A stretch of DNA of 46,523 bases from Candidatus Zhuqueibacterota bacterium (GTDB taxonomy: Bacteria > Zhuqueibacterota > Zhuqueibacteria > Thermofontimicrobiales > Thermofontimicrobiaceae). Of the stretch, positions 19,650 to 30,022 are shown piece by piece. The notes below the pieces were generated by a model that had not been told where the DNA came from, made no database searches, and saw nothing but the letters and a program-made list of their open reading frames with translations. A program made the translations under genes and the position numbers. Location of the stretch: assembly GCA_049322915.1 (NCBI GenBank), contig JBMOPW010000039.1:1-46523 (forward strand). The letters are read 5' to 3'. The first letter of the stretch is position 1, and each line of letters opens with the position of its first letter.

Positions 19650-20957
19650 ATGGGAAAAAATATTCACTTGGAACCGGTCTCCGACCAGCAGCGCTGGACA
19701 GAACTTTTCCGTCAATGCAGTCGAGTCGATTTTATGCAGACATGGCAATATGGTCTGGCCATTCATCAAAGCATTCAATGGGAGCCCAGCCGTCAGGTCG
19801 TCCTCCTGGACAATGCTCCGATTGCACTGGCGCAGACGCTTGTAAAAAATGTCCCCACAATCGGGACGATTGCCAGAATCCAGCACGGCCCATTGTTTTT
19901 TACAAGCGAGAAAAAGGTGCTGGATGAGCATACAAAAATGGCCATTGATGCGCTCTGGACATACTGGGTAGAACAGCGCGGTATGAGTCTCCACGTGACT
20001 CCGTGTGTATTGCCTGATGACCTGCCGGAAAATTGGTATGCGTCGACCCGATTGGCGCCCTCCCGAGAGGTGCTCTGGGCATCGGTGCGGATCGATCTGA
20101 GGAATCAGCCGCAGCGCCTTCGCGAACAGATGAAGCGTAAGTGGCGCTATTCCCTCCGCAAGGCCGAAGAGATGGAACTCACGCTGGAAATGGGCATGAA
20201 CGAGAGCGATCTCAGGTACTTTTTGGACAGGTACCGGCAGACCTCATCCGAAAAGGGAATCACGTGGCCATCCCCGGACCTGATTCACGCGTTGTGGCGT
20301 CTGGGCGATGCGGATATGAAGCTGATTTTCGCGCAAAAAAATGGGGAACGGATTGGCGCAATGGTTCTATTCCCGTACGCGGATTCCGTGGTCGGACTGG
20401 TCGCCTGGAATGGTCCCCTGGCGCCGCAATACCACGCCCACAATTTTCTCATCTGGCAATCGGTGTTACTCTGCCAGAAGCTGGGATTCCGTTGGTTCGA
20501 CCTGGGTGGAATAGACGAGGTCAATTTGCCGGGAATCACCCAATTCAAGCTCGGATTTGGGGGCGAAACCTATCAGTACATTGGCAATTATGAGGCGAAA
20601 CCCGGGGCATTACATCAACAAACGCATGGCGCAGTGGACTTCCAGACGTACGATTCCTTCATCCCCGGACTGCATCTCTCATTGGAAAACACTTCCGGCA
20701 ATGATACCATCATGGCTGAGGTGGAGAAAATCGTGCGGGATTTGGTCCGGCAGACCACTGGCTGGGATGGCGAATTCGACGCCCGTTTTTCCCTCATCAA
20801 CAGCGGTCTCATCGACTCACTCAGCATGGTGAGCGTCATCCAGGAGTTGATTCGTAAATTTGATATAGATATACAGCCACAGGAAATCACCATTGATAAT
20901 TTTGATACCGTGGAAGCAATTGGACATTTAGTCACGACAAAAATAGCGCAGAATTGA
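19650..20957 (+). CDS. FemAB/FemX-type GNAT transferase fused to a C-terminal DltC-like acyl carrier protein
   Basis: FMQTWQYG, IQHGP, KWRYSLRKA, and WFDLGGID...GITQFKLGFGG are Fem-family motifs. C-terminal LINSGLIDSLSMV...ITIDNFDTVEAI is an ACP with the Ppant Ser codon at 20817-20819. RBS GAGGAG precedes ATG 19650; the ORF is open from 19599. Confidence 0.82.
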   Translation: MGKNIHLEPVSDQQRWTELFRQCSRVDFMQTWQYGLAIHQSIQWEPSRQVVLLDNAPIALAQTLVKNVPTIGTIARIQHGPLFFTSEKKVLDEHTKMAIDALWTYWVEQRGMSLHVTPCVLPDDLPENWYASTRLAPSREVLWASVRIDLRNQPQRLREQMKRKWRYSLRKAEEMELTLEMGMNESDLRYFLDRYRQTSSEKGITWPSPDLIHALWRLGDADMKLIFAQKNGERIGAMVLFPYADSVVGLVAWNGPLAPQYHAHNFLIWQSVLLCQKLGFRWFDLGGIDEVNLPGITQFKLGFGGETYQYIGNYEAKPGALHQQTHGAVDFQTYDSFIPGLHLSLENTSGNDTIMAEVEKIVRDLVRQTTGWDGEFDARFSLINSGLIDSLSMVSVIQELIRKFDIDIQPQEITIDNFDTVEAIGHLVTTKIAQN

Positions 20958-21059
20958 TGCAGCGGATGTCCGTCCCATTCCACGAGCAGGATTCATGTTG
21001 CCGGGCGATGAAATGCCCGTCGCTCAATCGATACATCACTTTTCACGCTGATCTGAGAT

Positions 21060-22499
21060 ATGAATTTCAATTCGTTTATATTTGCCATTTTCTTCTTCGT
21101 CGTTTATGCGCTCTATCTGGTGTTGAAGCATAAATCCCAGAACAGAATGCTGCTGGTAGCCAGTTGCCTGTTTTACAGCTTCTGGGATTGGCGTTTTTTA
21201 GGATTAATTTTTCTCTCAATCCTGGTCGACTATTTTTGCGCCATGCGCATTGAGCAGCATCAATCGAAAATCATTCGAAAAAGGTATCTGGCTCTGAGCA
21301 TTGTATTCAATCTTTCCGTCCTCAGCTTTTTCAAATATTTCAATTTCTTTGTCGATAGCTGCATCTCGTTCTGCTCGTTGATTGGGCTTAATTTATCCCC
21401 GCCAGCGCTCCACATTCTTTTGCCGGTCGGCATTTCGTTCTACACATTCAAAACCATGAGCTACACCATTGATGTCTATCGGAAGCAGGTGCAGCCGACG
21501 CATAATTTCCGGGACTATGCCCTCTATGTCATCTTTTTCCCGCAACTGGTGGCCGGCCCAATCGAACGAGCGAAAAATCTTCTCCTGCAAATCGCTCAGC
21601 CTCGTACCCTGACCCATGAAAAATTGACCCAGGGCTTTACGCTCATCTACTGGGGGCTGTTCAAAAAAGTGTTCATCGCGGATAATCTGGGCGCGATTTT
21701 AGGATTCTACAACAGTTCCCAGACCGCCGGCGATTTGAGCCAGGACGGTGGGATGATTTTAGCAACGACCTACATGTTCCTGTTCCAGCTCTATTGCGAC
21801 TTTTCTGCGTACTCGGACATGGCCCGGGGAATCGGCAAGCTCATGGGCTTTGAACTCATGGTCAATTTCCGATCTCCGTTTTATGCGAAGAATATCCAGG
21901 AGACCTGGAGTCGCTGGCACATCAGTTTGACAACCTGGATCCGCGACTACATCTATTACCCGCTGGCCACCATGAAAATAGGAAAGCGCTTTTTGAATGT
22001 GAATGTCGTGGTCATGACCACGTTCCTCATCATCGGATTGTGGCACGGCGCTTCGTGGAATTATGTGCTCTGGGGCGGGTATAACGGCATGGTGATGATA
22101 CTTTATTCCATCTTTGTCAGGGAGACGCGACGGTTCAGGAAAAAGAAACCGGCGTACCTTGCGGCGCCATTGCATGTGTTGTCCGTGATTACGACGTTCA
22201 ACGTAGCAGCCGTTGGATTGCTGTTCTTCCGGGCCGAATCGGTTCAACAAATTTCAACCTGGGTCTATCTTCTGTTCGCCAATTTTTCATTGAGCGCAGA
22301 TGCGCTGGAATTATTCTTCAAAATGCTGTTGTTCATTTCGCCGTTGCTGGTAGTCGAGTTTTACCTTTTTAAGAAGGATGATATTACCCAACTGTTGCAC
22401 GTTCATCCGGTTCTGCGATACGGGTTTTTCTACCTGACGTTCTATTTGCTGGTTGTCATGCGGGCGCAGTCGGATACATTTATCTACTTTCAATTTTGA
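21060..22499 (+). CDS. MBOAT family O-acyltransferase (AlgI/DltB-like)
   Basis: LPVGISFYTF, FFPQLVAGPIER, YCDFSAYSDMA, WSRWHISL, GLWHGASW (catalytic His), and C-terminal FIYFQF. Confidence 0.93.
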   Translation: MNFNSFIFAIFFFVVYALYLVLKHKSQNRMLLVASCLFYSFWDWRFLGLIFLSILVDYFCAMRIEQHQSKIIRKRYLALSIVFNLSVLSFFKYFNFFVDSCISFCSLIGLNLSPPALHILLPVGISFYTFKTMSYTIDVYRKQVQPTHNFRDYALYVIFFPQLVAGPIERAKNLLLQIAQPRTLTHEKLTQGFTLIYWGLFKKVFIADNLGAILGFYNSSQTAGDLSQDGGMILATTYMFLFQLYCDFSAYSDMARGIGKLMGFELMVNFRSPFYAKNIQETWSRWHISLTTWIRDYIYYPLATMKIGKRFLNVNVVVMTTFLIIGLWHGASWNYVLWGGYNGMVMILYSIFVRETRRFRKKKPAYLAAPLHVLSVITTFNVAAVGLLFFRAESVQQISTWVYLLFANFSLSADALELFFKMLLFISPLLVVEFYLFKKDDITQLLHVHPVLRYGFFYLTFYLLVVMRAQSDTFIYFQF

Positions 22500-22755
22500 G
22501 TGCATGATCCACGGATGCCGAAAGACGCCGGATCGATTTTTGGCGCTGCTCAGTGATCTTCAACTGGGGTGATGGCTGAATAGCGCGGTGCATCATTGAT
22601 TTCATTGGGAGCATGCGCAGCGAACGAGCCAAAGAATTCTGTCTGGCGCATCGTTCGTGGCGTCATTTCAGTCACACGGGGGGAACCGATTTCGGAACGA
22701 CTTTGATGATTCCACAGGAAAAAACTTGGCAAACTTACTTCGCTACATAGCATCC

Positions 22756-23952
22756 GTGAAGCGGTTTCTTCTGGTGCTGGGCGCATTTTGTCTGATTGAA
22801 ATTGCACTGGCGCACATCCTACCGGCAATCATTCCGCAGCGATGGTATTTTCGTATGTACCTCCCCTGGGAAGCGATGAAAAAGACCGAATTGTTTTTGA
22901 GCAGCCAATTCAATATCATACCAAGTCCGGACCTGGGCTGGCGGAATAAACCGAATGCAGTGATGAATAAAATACAGTACGATCATTACGGCTCCCGCTC
23001 GCATGGGGGAATTGTGTCCGATGCCCGAAAGCCCATGCGCATTGTTTTCATGGGCGATTCGCGGATTGGCGGATATAATAATTTAGCGAATGATGAAACC
23101 GTCAGCGCCTATCTGGAACATGGCGACCTGGAAACCCTGAATTTCGCCACAAACCTCTATGGCCTGGACCAGGTCTTTCTGGCGCTGCCGAAATGTTTGA
23201 GTCAATTCACGCCTGATGTGGTGGTCGTGGCCATCGGCTCGGACATCGGTCAGGCGTTGAATTGCGTGTACCTGCCGCTGACGGACAGGAATGTTGGCGC
23301 GCCGCTGTTGAAACCGCGATTCTTTTTGCAGGACGGGCAACTCACCTGCCTGAGGCCTGAGGTATGCAACCTGCTCCAGAATATTCCCAACAATCCGTCG
23401 CTTCTGGAATTTATTGAAAAGAACGATGGCCATTATTTTGTTTTTAAGCATTTTCAGCGGAAGGAAACCCTGCCTTTTCTATCGCTGTTTTCACTCATCC
23501 AGGCCAATATCGCTTATGTGAAGCAGCAAATTGATTATCATCTCGGAAGACCATCTTGGGCGTCTGTTACCAATGAAAAACTGGCAGCGAAAATTTTGAA
23601 CCAAATGGAATCGGAGGCTGAGGCGCGGAATGTCAGGTTGGTTTTTTTAGTAATGCCCAAACGCAGTGAGTTGAAGTCGGGAAGCCATGCGTATCAACAG
23701 GTGGTTCACATGGCCGATTCGTTAGGATTGCGTTATATCGATGGTCTGGCGATCTTTCAGCGGATCCGCGGCAGCGAGTCCCTGTTTTTTGATGAAGTCC
23801 ATCTGCTGGCAAAAGGCAATCAGGTATTGGCCAGCCAGTTGATGGAATGGTTGGGGCCATCCACGCGCTTCGCAGTGGAAAATCAGATTTCAGTCGATAA
23901 AAAATTCTCCGGGACGCGGATGGCTGAGGAAGTTGAGCGGGCTGGCCGTTGA
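22756..23952 (+). CDS. Membrane-anchored SGNH/GDSL-fold protein (AlgJ/DltD-like acyl-transfer partner)
   Basis: N-terminal TM segment, IVFMGDSR (block I), NFATNLYGLDQ (block II-like), and FFDEVHLLAKGN (DxxH). The ORF is open from 22657, with a likely GTG start at 22756. Confidence 0.78.
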   Translation: MKRFLLVLGAFCLIEIALAHILPAIIPQRWYFRMYLPWEAMKKTELFLSSQFNIIPSPDLGWRNKPNAVMNKIQYDHYGSRSHGGIVSDARKPMRIVFMGDSRIGGYNNLANDETVSAYLEHGDLETLNFATNLYGLDQVFLALPKCLSQFTPDVVVVAIGSDIGQALNCVYLPLTDRNVGAPLLKPRFFLQDGQLTCLRPEVCNLLQNIPNNPSLLEFIEKNDGHYFVFKHFQRKETLPFLSLFSLIQANIAYVKQQIDYHLGRPSWASVTNEKLAAKILNQMESEAEARNVRLVFLVMPKRSELKSGSHAYQQVVHMADSLGLRYIDGLAIFQRIRGSESLFFDEVHLLAKGNQVLASQLMEWLGPSTRFAVENQISVDKKFSGTRMAEEVERAGR

Positions 23953-25107
23953 GCCGTAGGCCCCGCAATTGAAGAACACGACGAAATCGCCGGGTTCCAC
24001 CGGCTGCGAACATTCCACATTCATGGCCAGAATGTCCTGCGGCGTGCAGAGGCAGCCGGCGATGTCCAGCATGTATGTGGCAACCGGCGACCGATCCGAA
24101 TGGGCCAGAATATCCAGTTCAAAATTTCTCCGAATGATTTGCCCCATCCCGCCGGCAAGCAGGTAATTCTGATGCATGCCTCCATCGACAATGGCAAATT
24201 GCTTCGACCGAACCTGTTTTCGGTACAGGACTTTCGTGACGTAAATCCCGCTCTCGGCGACTAAGAATCGGCCGGGTTCCACAATGCGCCGGCAGCGATT
24301 CAGCAGCGAGTGGTACTCCCTGCGATGAAATAACTGATGAAGCGCCTGGCCCAACCTGTCCAGGTTCAATCTGTTTTGACCAGGAAAATAGGGGATGCCC
24401 CAGCCGCCGCCGAAATTGATCTTTTCCATAAGGAGCCCTGATGCCATTTCAAGACGTTGCGCCAGTTGGATAATGGTCTCAACGTTGACGGCGAGCGATG
24501 ACTCATCCAGCACCTGGGATCCGCTGTGGACGTGGATTCCGGTGAAATGGATTCGGCCCTGATTCTGTTTTATCCTGTCGAGACAGCGGAGCGCCTCTAT
24601 TTCATCGAGACCGAATTGCGTCTCCCCGGCCATCTTCAATCCTGACTTCACCTGACTCTGATCCGGATTCACCCGAACGCCAACATTGGGCAGACAATGA
24701 TGCTGCCGCGCGATCTGAGTAATTTTCTCCAGTTCGACGAAGTTTTCGATGTTGAGTGAACCGACGTTATTCTGAATGGCGTACTCAAGCTCATCGTCGG
24801 TTTTTCCCGGCCCGCTGAATTCGATGTTCACCGCCGGAATCCCATTTTCCAGCGCCGCTGCCAGTTCGCCGGCAGAAGCGACGTCGGCACCAACGCCGAG
24901 TTCCGCCATCAGCCTCAAAATCGCCGGATGCGGATTGGCCTTCACAGCGTAATGCGGGGAAAACAGTGCACCGAACCGTGCGAGAAATTCATGCACCCGG
25001 GCGCGAATGAGCGACGGAAAATAGAAATAGCCGGGCGTCGGATACTGCCGAAGGATGCGGAGCAGATTGGCCCGGTTGATGATGCTGTAAAAATCCTGTC
25101 TGGTCAT
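23890..25107 (-). CDS. Fold-type III PLP-dependent decarboxylase (LysA/BtrK-like; exosortase-system-associated type)
   Basis: HYAVKANP (PLP Lys), DVASAGE, GPGKT, HVHSGSQ, NFGGGWG, EPGRFLV, DGGMHQ, GCLCTPQD, and GAYGSTASPLNFLSHPRP. Confidence 0.88.
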   Translation of the reverse strand: MTRQDFYSIINRANLLRILRQYPTPGYFYFPSLIRARVHEFLARFGALFSPHYAVKANPHPAILRLMAELGVGADVASAGELAAALENGIPAVNIEFSGPGKTDDELEYAIQNNVGSLNIENFVELEKITQIARQHHCLPNVGVRVNPDQSQVKSGLKMAGETQFGLDEIEALRCLDRIKQNQGRIHFTGIHVHSGSQVLDESSLAVNVETIIQLAQRLEMASGLLMEKINFGGGWGIPYFPGQNRLNLDRLGQALHQLFHRREYHSLLNRCRRIVEPGRFLVAESGIYVTKVLYRKQVRSKQFAIVDGGMHQNYLLAGGMGQIIRRNFELDILAHSDRSPVATYMLDIAGCLCTPQDILAMNVECSQPVEPGDFVVFFNCGAYGSTASPLNFLSHPRPGEFFID

Positions 25108-26711
25108 GAGTACTTTTCCTCAAGCGCTGCGAATTGAATTTTTCCCGACGGAGTGCGCGGAAACGAATCGACGAACTCGATGCGTGTGGGTAACATGTAC
25201 GAGGGCAGTTTTGTCGAGAGATAATGGCTGAATTTGGCGCGATCCATGGGCATTGCTCCCTGCCATTGAATTTCTGCTATCAGTTCGGTTTCGCTTTCTT
25301 GCCTGCTGACCCCGAAAACAGCCGCATCTTTCACTTCGGGATGGTTCAAAATGACGTCAAGAATTTCTTTGGGATAAACGCGATTGCCTTTTACCTTGAG
25401 CATTTTGTCTCTTCGACCCAAAACATAAATAAAACCCTCTTCATCTATCGTCCCCATATCGCCGGTGAAAATAACGCTCTGGTCGAAAAGAACCGGTGGT
25501 TCCTGCATCGGATTTTTTCTCAGCTTGGCCTGCGTCGCGGCCGCGTCGCCCAGGTAGCCGGCCATCATTCCATCGCCGCGATGGATTATTTCGCCCGGTT
25601 CATTGGGCCGGCAGCGATTGCCCTGTTCATCCACAATGAAAATTTCAGTGCCGGCGACAGCGCGCCCCACTGAGTTGATTTTTCTATCGAAATCATTGGG
25701 TTTCAAAATACCGCTGCGGAAGGCTTCTGTTTGTCCGTACGTCTTGAAGATATTGACATTCGGGGCGAGGTCGCGCAGCCTGCGAAGCTGGTTTTCGGCC
25801 ATGCCGCCGCCTGAGATGGTGAAATATCGCACCTGCGACAGGCAGGACTTCACCTCGTTCGGATCATACGCCAGTAGCTCGGACCAGATGCTCGGCACGC
25901 CGGAAATTCCGGTAATGCGATAGGTCGCGATGGCACGGCAGATGTCCTGCGCCAGCCACGAATTGATAATGACGAGCTGTGCGCCGGAAAACAGGCTGGC
26001 GTACAATTGATTCAGCCCCACATCGAAGGAGAAGGGCAAAAGACTCAGTAGCCGGTCGCCTTGCGTCAGTTGAAAATCCTCGCATTCGGTGGTCACCCGG
26101 TTCAAAAGATCCTGATGGGAAATCATGACGCCTTTGGGCACGCCGGTGGAGCCGGAAGTGAACAGCAGCGCCAGCACATCCTGTTTCAGGAAAGGAGAGG
26201 TGGAGCGAAAACCGGCCCGGTCATCGGAGTCCGGCGCGATGGACTCGATGGCAGTGAATGTCCGCAATTTTTCCAGACAGGTGATATGAACCGGGGACCG
26301 GGGCTGAGCGTCGTAATGCAGGATTCGCGTGCGCGAAAGTTGGCCGGGCTGCAATTGCGACAGCCGTATCAATCCGGGATTGTCCACCAGCAAAATCGAT
26401 GACTGGCATAGTTCGACGCTGAATTGAATTTGATGAAGGCTGAGTTTGGGATTTAAACTGTAGAAGGCCGCGCTGTTTTTCAGAATAGCGAGCATGGCAG
26501 TGACGTGCTCAGGACTCCGCTGCATGAAAATACCGACGAACTGCCCCTGCCTGAGACCCAGGTTGCGCAGAACTTCAGCGAGATTGTCCGAAAAGGCTTC
26601 GAGCTGGCGATAGGTGACATCGATGCGTTTGCCCATTCCCATGTGCTGTGTCACAGCGATCGCATCGGGAATAGCTGCGGCAGTCGTTGCAATTCGTTTT
26701 AGGGCTGACAT
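25104..26711 (-). CDS. AMP-forming acyl/aminoacyl ligase (adenylation enzyme; exosortase-A-associated type)
   Basis: FTSGSTGVPKGV (A3), LPFSFDVG, YGQTEAFR, FTGDMG, GRRD, and RTPSGKI (A10). Overlaps the decarboxylase start by 4 nt (ATGA). Confidence 0.88.
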   Translation of the reverse strand: MSALKRIATTAAAIPDAIAVTQHMGMGKRIDVTYRQLEAFSDNLAEVLRNLGLRQGQFVGIFMQRSPEHVTAMLAILKNSAAFYSLNPKLSLHQIQFSVELCQSSILLVDNPGLIRLSQLQPGQLSRTRILHYDAQPRSPVHITCLEKLRTFTAIESIAPDSDDRAGFRSTSPFLKQDVLALLFTSGSTGVPKGVMISHQDLLNRVTTECEDFQLTQGDRLLSLLPFSFDVGLNQLYASLFSGAQLVIINSWLAQDICRAIATYRITGISGVPSIWSELLAYDPNEVKSCLSQVRYFTISGGGMAENQLRRLRDLAPNVNIFKTYGQTEAFRSGILKPNDFDRKINSVGRAVAGTEIFIVDEQGNRCRPNEPGEIIHRGDGMMAGYLGDAAATQAKLRKNPMQEPPVLFDQSVIFTGDMGTIDEEGFIYVLGRRDKMLKVKGNRVYPKEILDVILNHPEVKDAAVFGVSRQESETELIAEIQWQGAMPMDRAKFSHYLSTKLPSYMLPTRIEFVDSFPRTPSGKIQFAALEEKYS

Positions 26712-27309
26712 GTTTGAGAGAATCCAATTTCAGGTTGCTATCGGTTGAATTTCATCAAGTTATCTTCGTTCAATTGGAACGCTGGTATCCTCAATTTTGT
26801 GATAAAACAAATCCGCGTCAGAATGAAGGGACTGCGCTAATTTTTTCTAATGAGCAGATTGACTGCGGAGCCACGATTGATTTCTGCAACGCCAATGTAA
26901 TTATTTTCTTCCTCATTGTCCAATGAAATAAAAATAACAATACATCCCTGAATTGAATGCCTCTTGAGGTATTTCGGGTGGAATGAGAAATAGGGGGGAA
27001 GGCGGGGAACGTGTCAGAGGGCGTTGCCCATAGCGCTTTTCATGAACTGCGCATTAAATGGTGACTTTGGAACAGCAGCGGTCGCGCGTTTCAAAAAGAC
27101 GCTCTCCTGGAATCAGCAGTCGACCCATTCGAGCGTCGAAAGCGGCGAACGACGAATCAAAGGAAATGTATGAATCGCAGCAAAGGTGATTTTGTTCAAG
27201 GATCTGCGCAATCCCGGGACTCGGATTTCACTGGCAGCAATTCCACCTGTCAGTATGTCCCGGGTAATTCTTCACGGTTGCCCATTCATGTGGCGGAAAC
27301 AGCAACGCG

Positions 27310-28782
27310 TTAATTGGTCATCAGTTTATAATTAGGCGCCTCTTTTGTAATGATCACACTGTGCGGATGATTTTCTCGAACTGTCGCCTGGGATACTTTG
27401 ATGAATTGAGATTTCTCCTGGAGTTCGGGGATGGTTTTCACGCCGCAATACCCCATAGCTGCTTTCAATCCGCCAACCATCTGATAGATCGTTTCGCTCA
27501 ATGAGCCGCGGTAGGGCACTCGGCCTTCGATGCCTTCCGGAACGAGTTTCTTCGTCTCATCGGAATCCTGGAAATAGCGATCGCTGCTACCTTGCTTCAT
27601 CGCGGCGATAGAGCCCATACCACGGTACACTTTGTAGCTTCGGCCATCGAGGAAAATCGTTTCCCCGGGACTCTCCTGGGTTCCGGCAAATAAATTGCCA
27701 ATCATAACCGAGTCAGCGCCGGCAGCGATGGCTTTGGCTATGTCGCCGATTTGTTTGATGCCCCCATCTGCAATCAGCGGAATGTTATATTTCGAACAAA
27801 CTGCAGCGCAATCCATGATCGCCGTTATCTGAGGAACGCCGACACCTGTAACGACGCGGGTGGTGCAGATGCCGCTGGGCCCAATGCCGACTTTTATTGC
27901 ATCGACGCCGGCTTTGATCAAATCTTCGGCTGCTTCGGCTGTGGCAATATTGCCGGCAATAACTTCCATATCCGGGTATTTCTTTTTCAAATTGATCACC
28001 GCTTTGGCAACAGCTTCGTGATGCCCGTGAGCGGTATCCACAACGAGCACATCAACCCCGGCTTCCATGAGCGCGGCAGCGCGATCATCTCTGTCCGGCC
28101 CGACGCCAATCGCAGCTCCAACGCGCAACCGACCGTGGATATCTTTAGAGGCATTGGGATAATTCTTCTTCTTCTGTATGTCTTTGACAGTGATCAATCC
28201 CTTCAAGCGATTTTGATCATCAACGACGAGCAATTTTTCTATTTTATGCTTCTGTAAAATCTTCTCAGCCAATTCGAGCGTTGTGCCGATGGGCGCTGTG
28301 ACCAGATTCTCTTTGGTCATCACTTCTTTGATTTTCAGTTTCAAATTCGTTTCGAATCGCAGGTCGCGGTTGGTGAGTATGCCCACTAATTTATCATTTT
28401 CAACAACCGGGATTCCCGAGATATGATACTTTTCCATGACGCTGATTGCCTCTCCGATGTTGGCGTCGGGCGCCATGTAAATTGGTTTGAGTATCATTCC
28501 ACTCTCGGATCGTTTCACGCGGTCCACTTCATCCGCCTGCTTTTCGATGGGCAGGTTCTTGTGAATGATACCGATGCCCCCCTCGCGCGCGATGGCAATG
28601 GCCAGTTCTGATTCTGTCACGGTATCCATGGCGGCGCTGACGAGCGGTATGTTGAGCCAGATATTTTTCGTGAGTCGAGTCTGTGTCTCCGCCATTTTAG
28701 GAAGGACTTGTGATTTCGCCGGAATGAGCAGTACATCATCAAACGTAATTCCTTCTTTCACTATTTTATTTTTTTCCTGCAT
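27310..28782 (-). CDS. guaB: IMP dehydrogenase
   Basis: [22 protein letters not shown] pair, [25 protein letters not shown], and [14 protein letters not shown] precedes the start at 28782; the ORF is open to 28845. Confidence 0.97.
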   Translation of the reverse strand: MQEKNKIVKEGITFDDVLLIPAKSQVLPKMAETQTRLTKNIWLNIPLVSAAMDTVTESELAIAIAREGGIGIIHKNLPIEKQADEVDRVKRSESGMILKPIYMAPDANIGEAISVMEKYHISGIPVVENDKLVGILTNRDLRFETNLKLKIKEVMTKENLVTAPIGTTLELAEKILQKHKIEKLLVVDDQNRLKGLITVKDIQKKKNYPNASKDIHGRLRVGAAIGVGPDRDDRAAALMEAGVDVLVVDTAHGHHEAVAKAVINLKKKYPDMEVIAGNIATAEAAEDLIKAGVDAIKVGIGPSGICTTRVVTGVGVPQITAIMDCAAVCSKYNIPLIADGGIKQIGDIAKAIAAGADSVMIGNLFAGTQESPGETIFLDGRSYKVYRGMGSIAAMKQGSSDRYFQDSDETKKLVPEGIEGRVPYRGSLSETIYQMVGGLKAAMGYCGVKTIPELQEKSQFIKVSQATVRENHPHSVIITKEAPNYKLMTN

Positions 28783-29612
28783 GGGATGCTCCAATTTTGT
28801 GATAATAAGTTTCGTCTCACAGCCTGGTAAGATAATACATTTCAATACCCGGCATCTTGCTATGATGATTCATGATAAAAACGCGCCCAGTGATTTCGAT
28901 GAATATCTGAGATTTACACGCCCCATTTATTTTCTGGTCGACAGTAGTAACTGCCTGCTACAGTTCCTCATTGAAATTGATGTGCCATTATAATAATTAT
29001 TTGAATAATAATCAACCTTTTTCATACAGCAGTCGAGATTCGCATTCATCAAAATTCAACTTCGGGGATATCTGTCCTTCTTGTGCCAGCGTTATTGGAA
29101 AGATAAGGGTGTTGAATTTATTCTATGAAGGTGGAAGAAATTTGCATTCCTCCATCCTGAAACAGCGGCGATCTCATCTCCTGAGCAAAGTAATTACAAT
29201 TATGTTATTGAATCTTAATCATGATTTAACCTATCCGTAATTTGATTCAATTATTATGATATGGAAATGAAGTATTGATGAATCATTGTAAGATAGTTTC
29301 AGAATATTCTGAAAATACAACCTGAGAGCAAAAAAATATTTTGCAAAGAGGCATTATATCTATTTATTATTTTTGGAAATGAAAAAAGTGCGAAATGATA
29401 TTATGAAATTGCCTGAATGATGAATTGCAAGCAAGTCAATCGAAAAGGGAATGCGGCTGATGCGATCACAGAATTTCTTTCAAAGATATCTGGAAAAAAT
29501 CGATTATAAATATTAATGGGTTAAAGCTGTTTCTCTGAACTCCTTCGGCCACATTGTAAAATGAATAGACAGTCATATATTATTCGCAATATAAAAAAAA
29601 TGAAAAAATCGC

Positions 29613-29641
29613 TTGACATTCACAAGAAAGAATAATATATT
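29613..29641 (+). promoter_or_regulatory. sigma70 promoter upstream of the EPS locus
   Basis: TTGACA-17 nt-TATATT, about 380 nt upstream of the wza-like gene. Confidence 0.65.
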
Positions 29642-30022
29642 GATCTAAATATTTGCGTAAAAAATATCAAATAATGTGATTGTGGATTCAGTTGTGCATT
29701 CTTCTTTACTGACTAGAAACAAAAGACTCAATTCAGTTCCCGGTCTACTTCTGATCGATTAAATAAGTTTTTCCCTGTGAGATAGAAAATGATGGGTCAT
29801 CATTTTCGAACTGCAAACAACACTACAACAAATAAATATAAAATCGATCTCATCCCAAAATTTTCGGTAAATCTAATTCTATCACGAGTGAGATGCGTTT
29901 GTTTTTGAAACGGTAATCTGAAGAATCGTGGCAGTGATATTGAGTTGTGGAATACCTTTCAAGAATAATGAGTAAGAAAATCCTGCAATGTTAATTATTG
30001 CCATTTCATATTGAGGTAAAAT

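Noticed and set aside
23890..25107. Decarboxylase as the housekeeping lysA
   Set aside because: The GCLCTPQD motif differs from the GPxCESxD typical of LysA, and it is translationally coupled to an adenylation enzyme next to an ACP.
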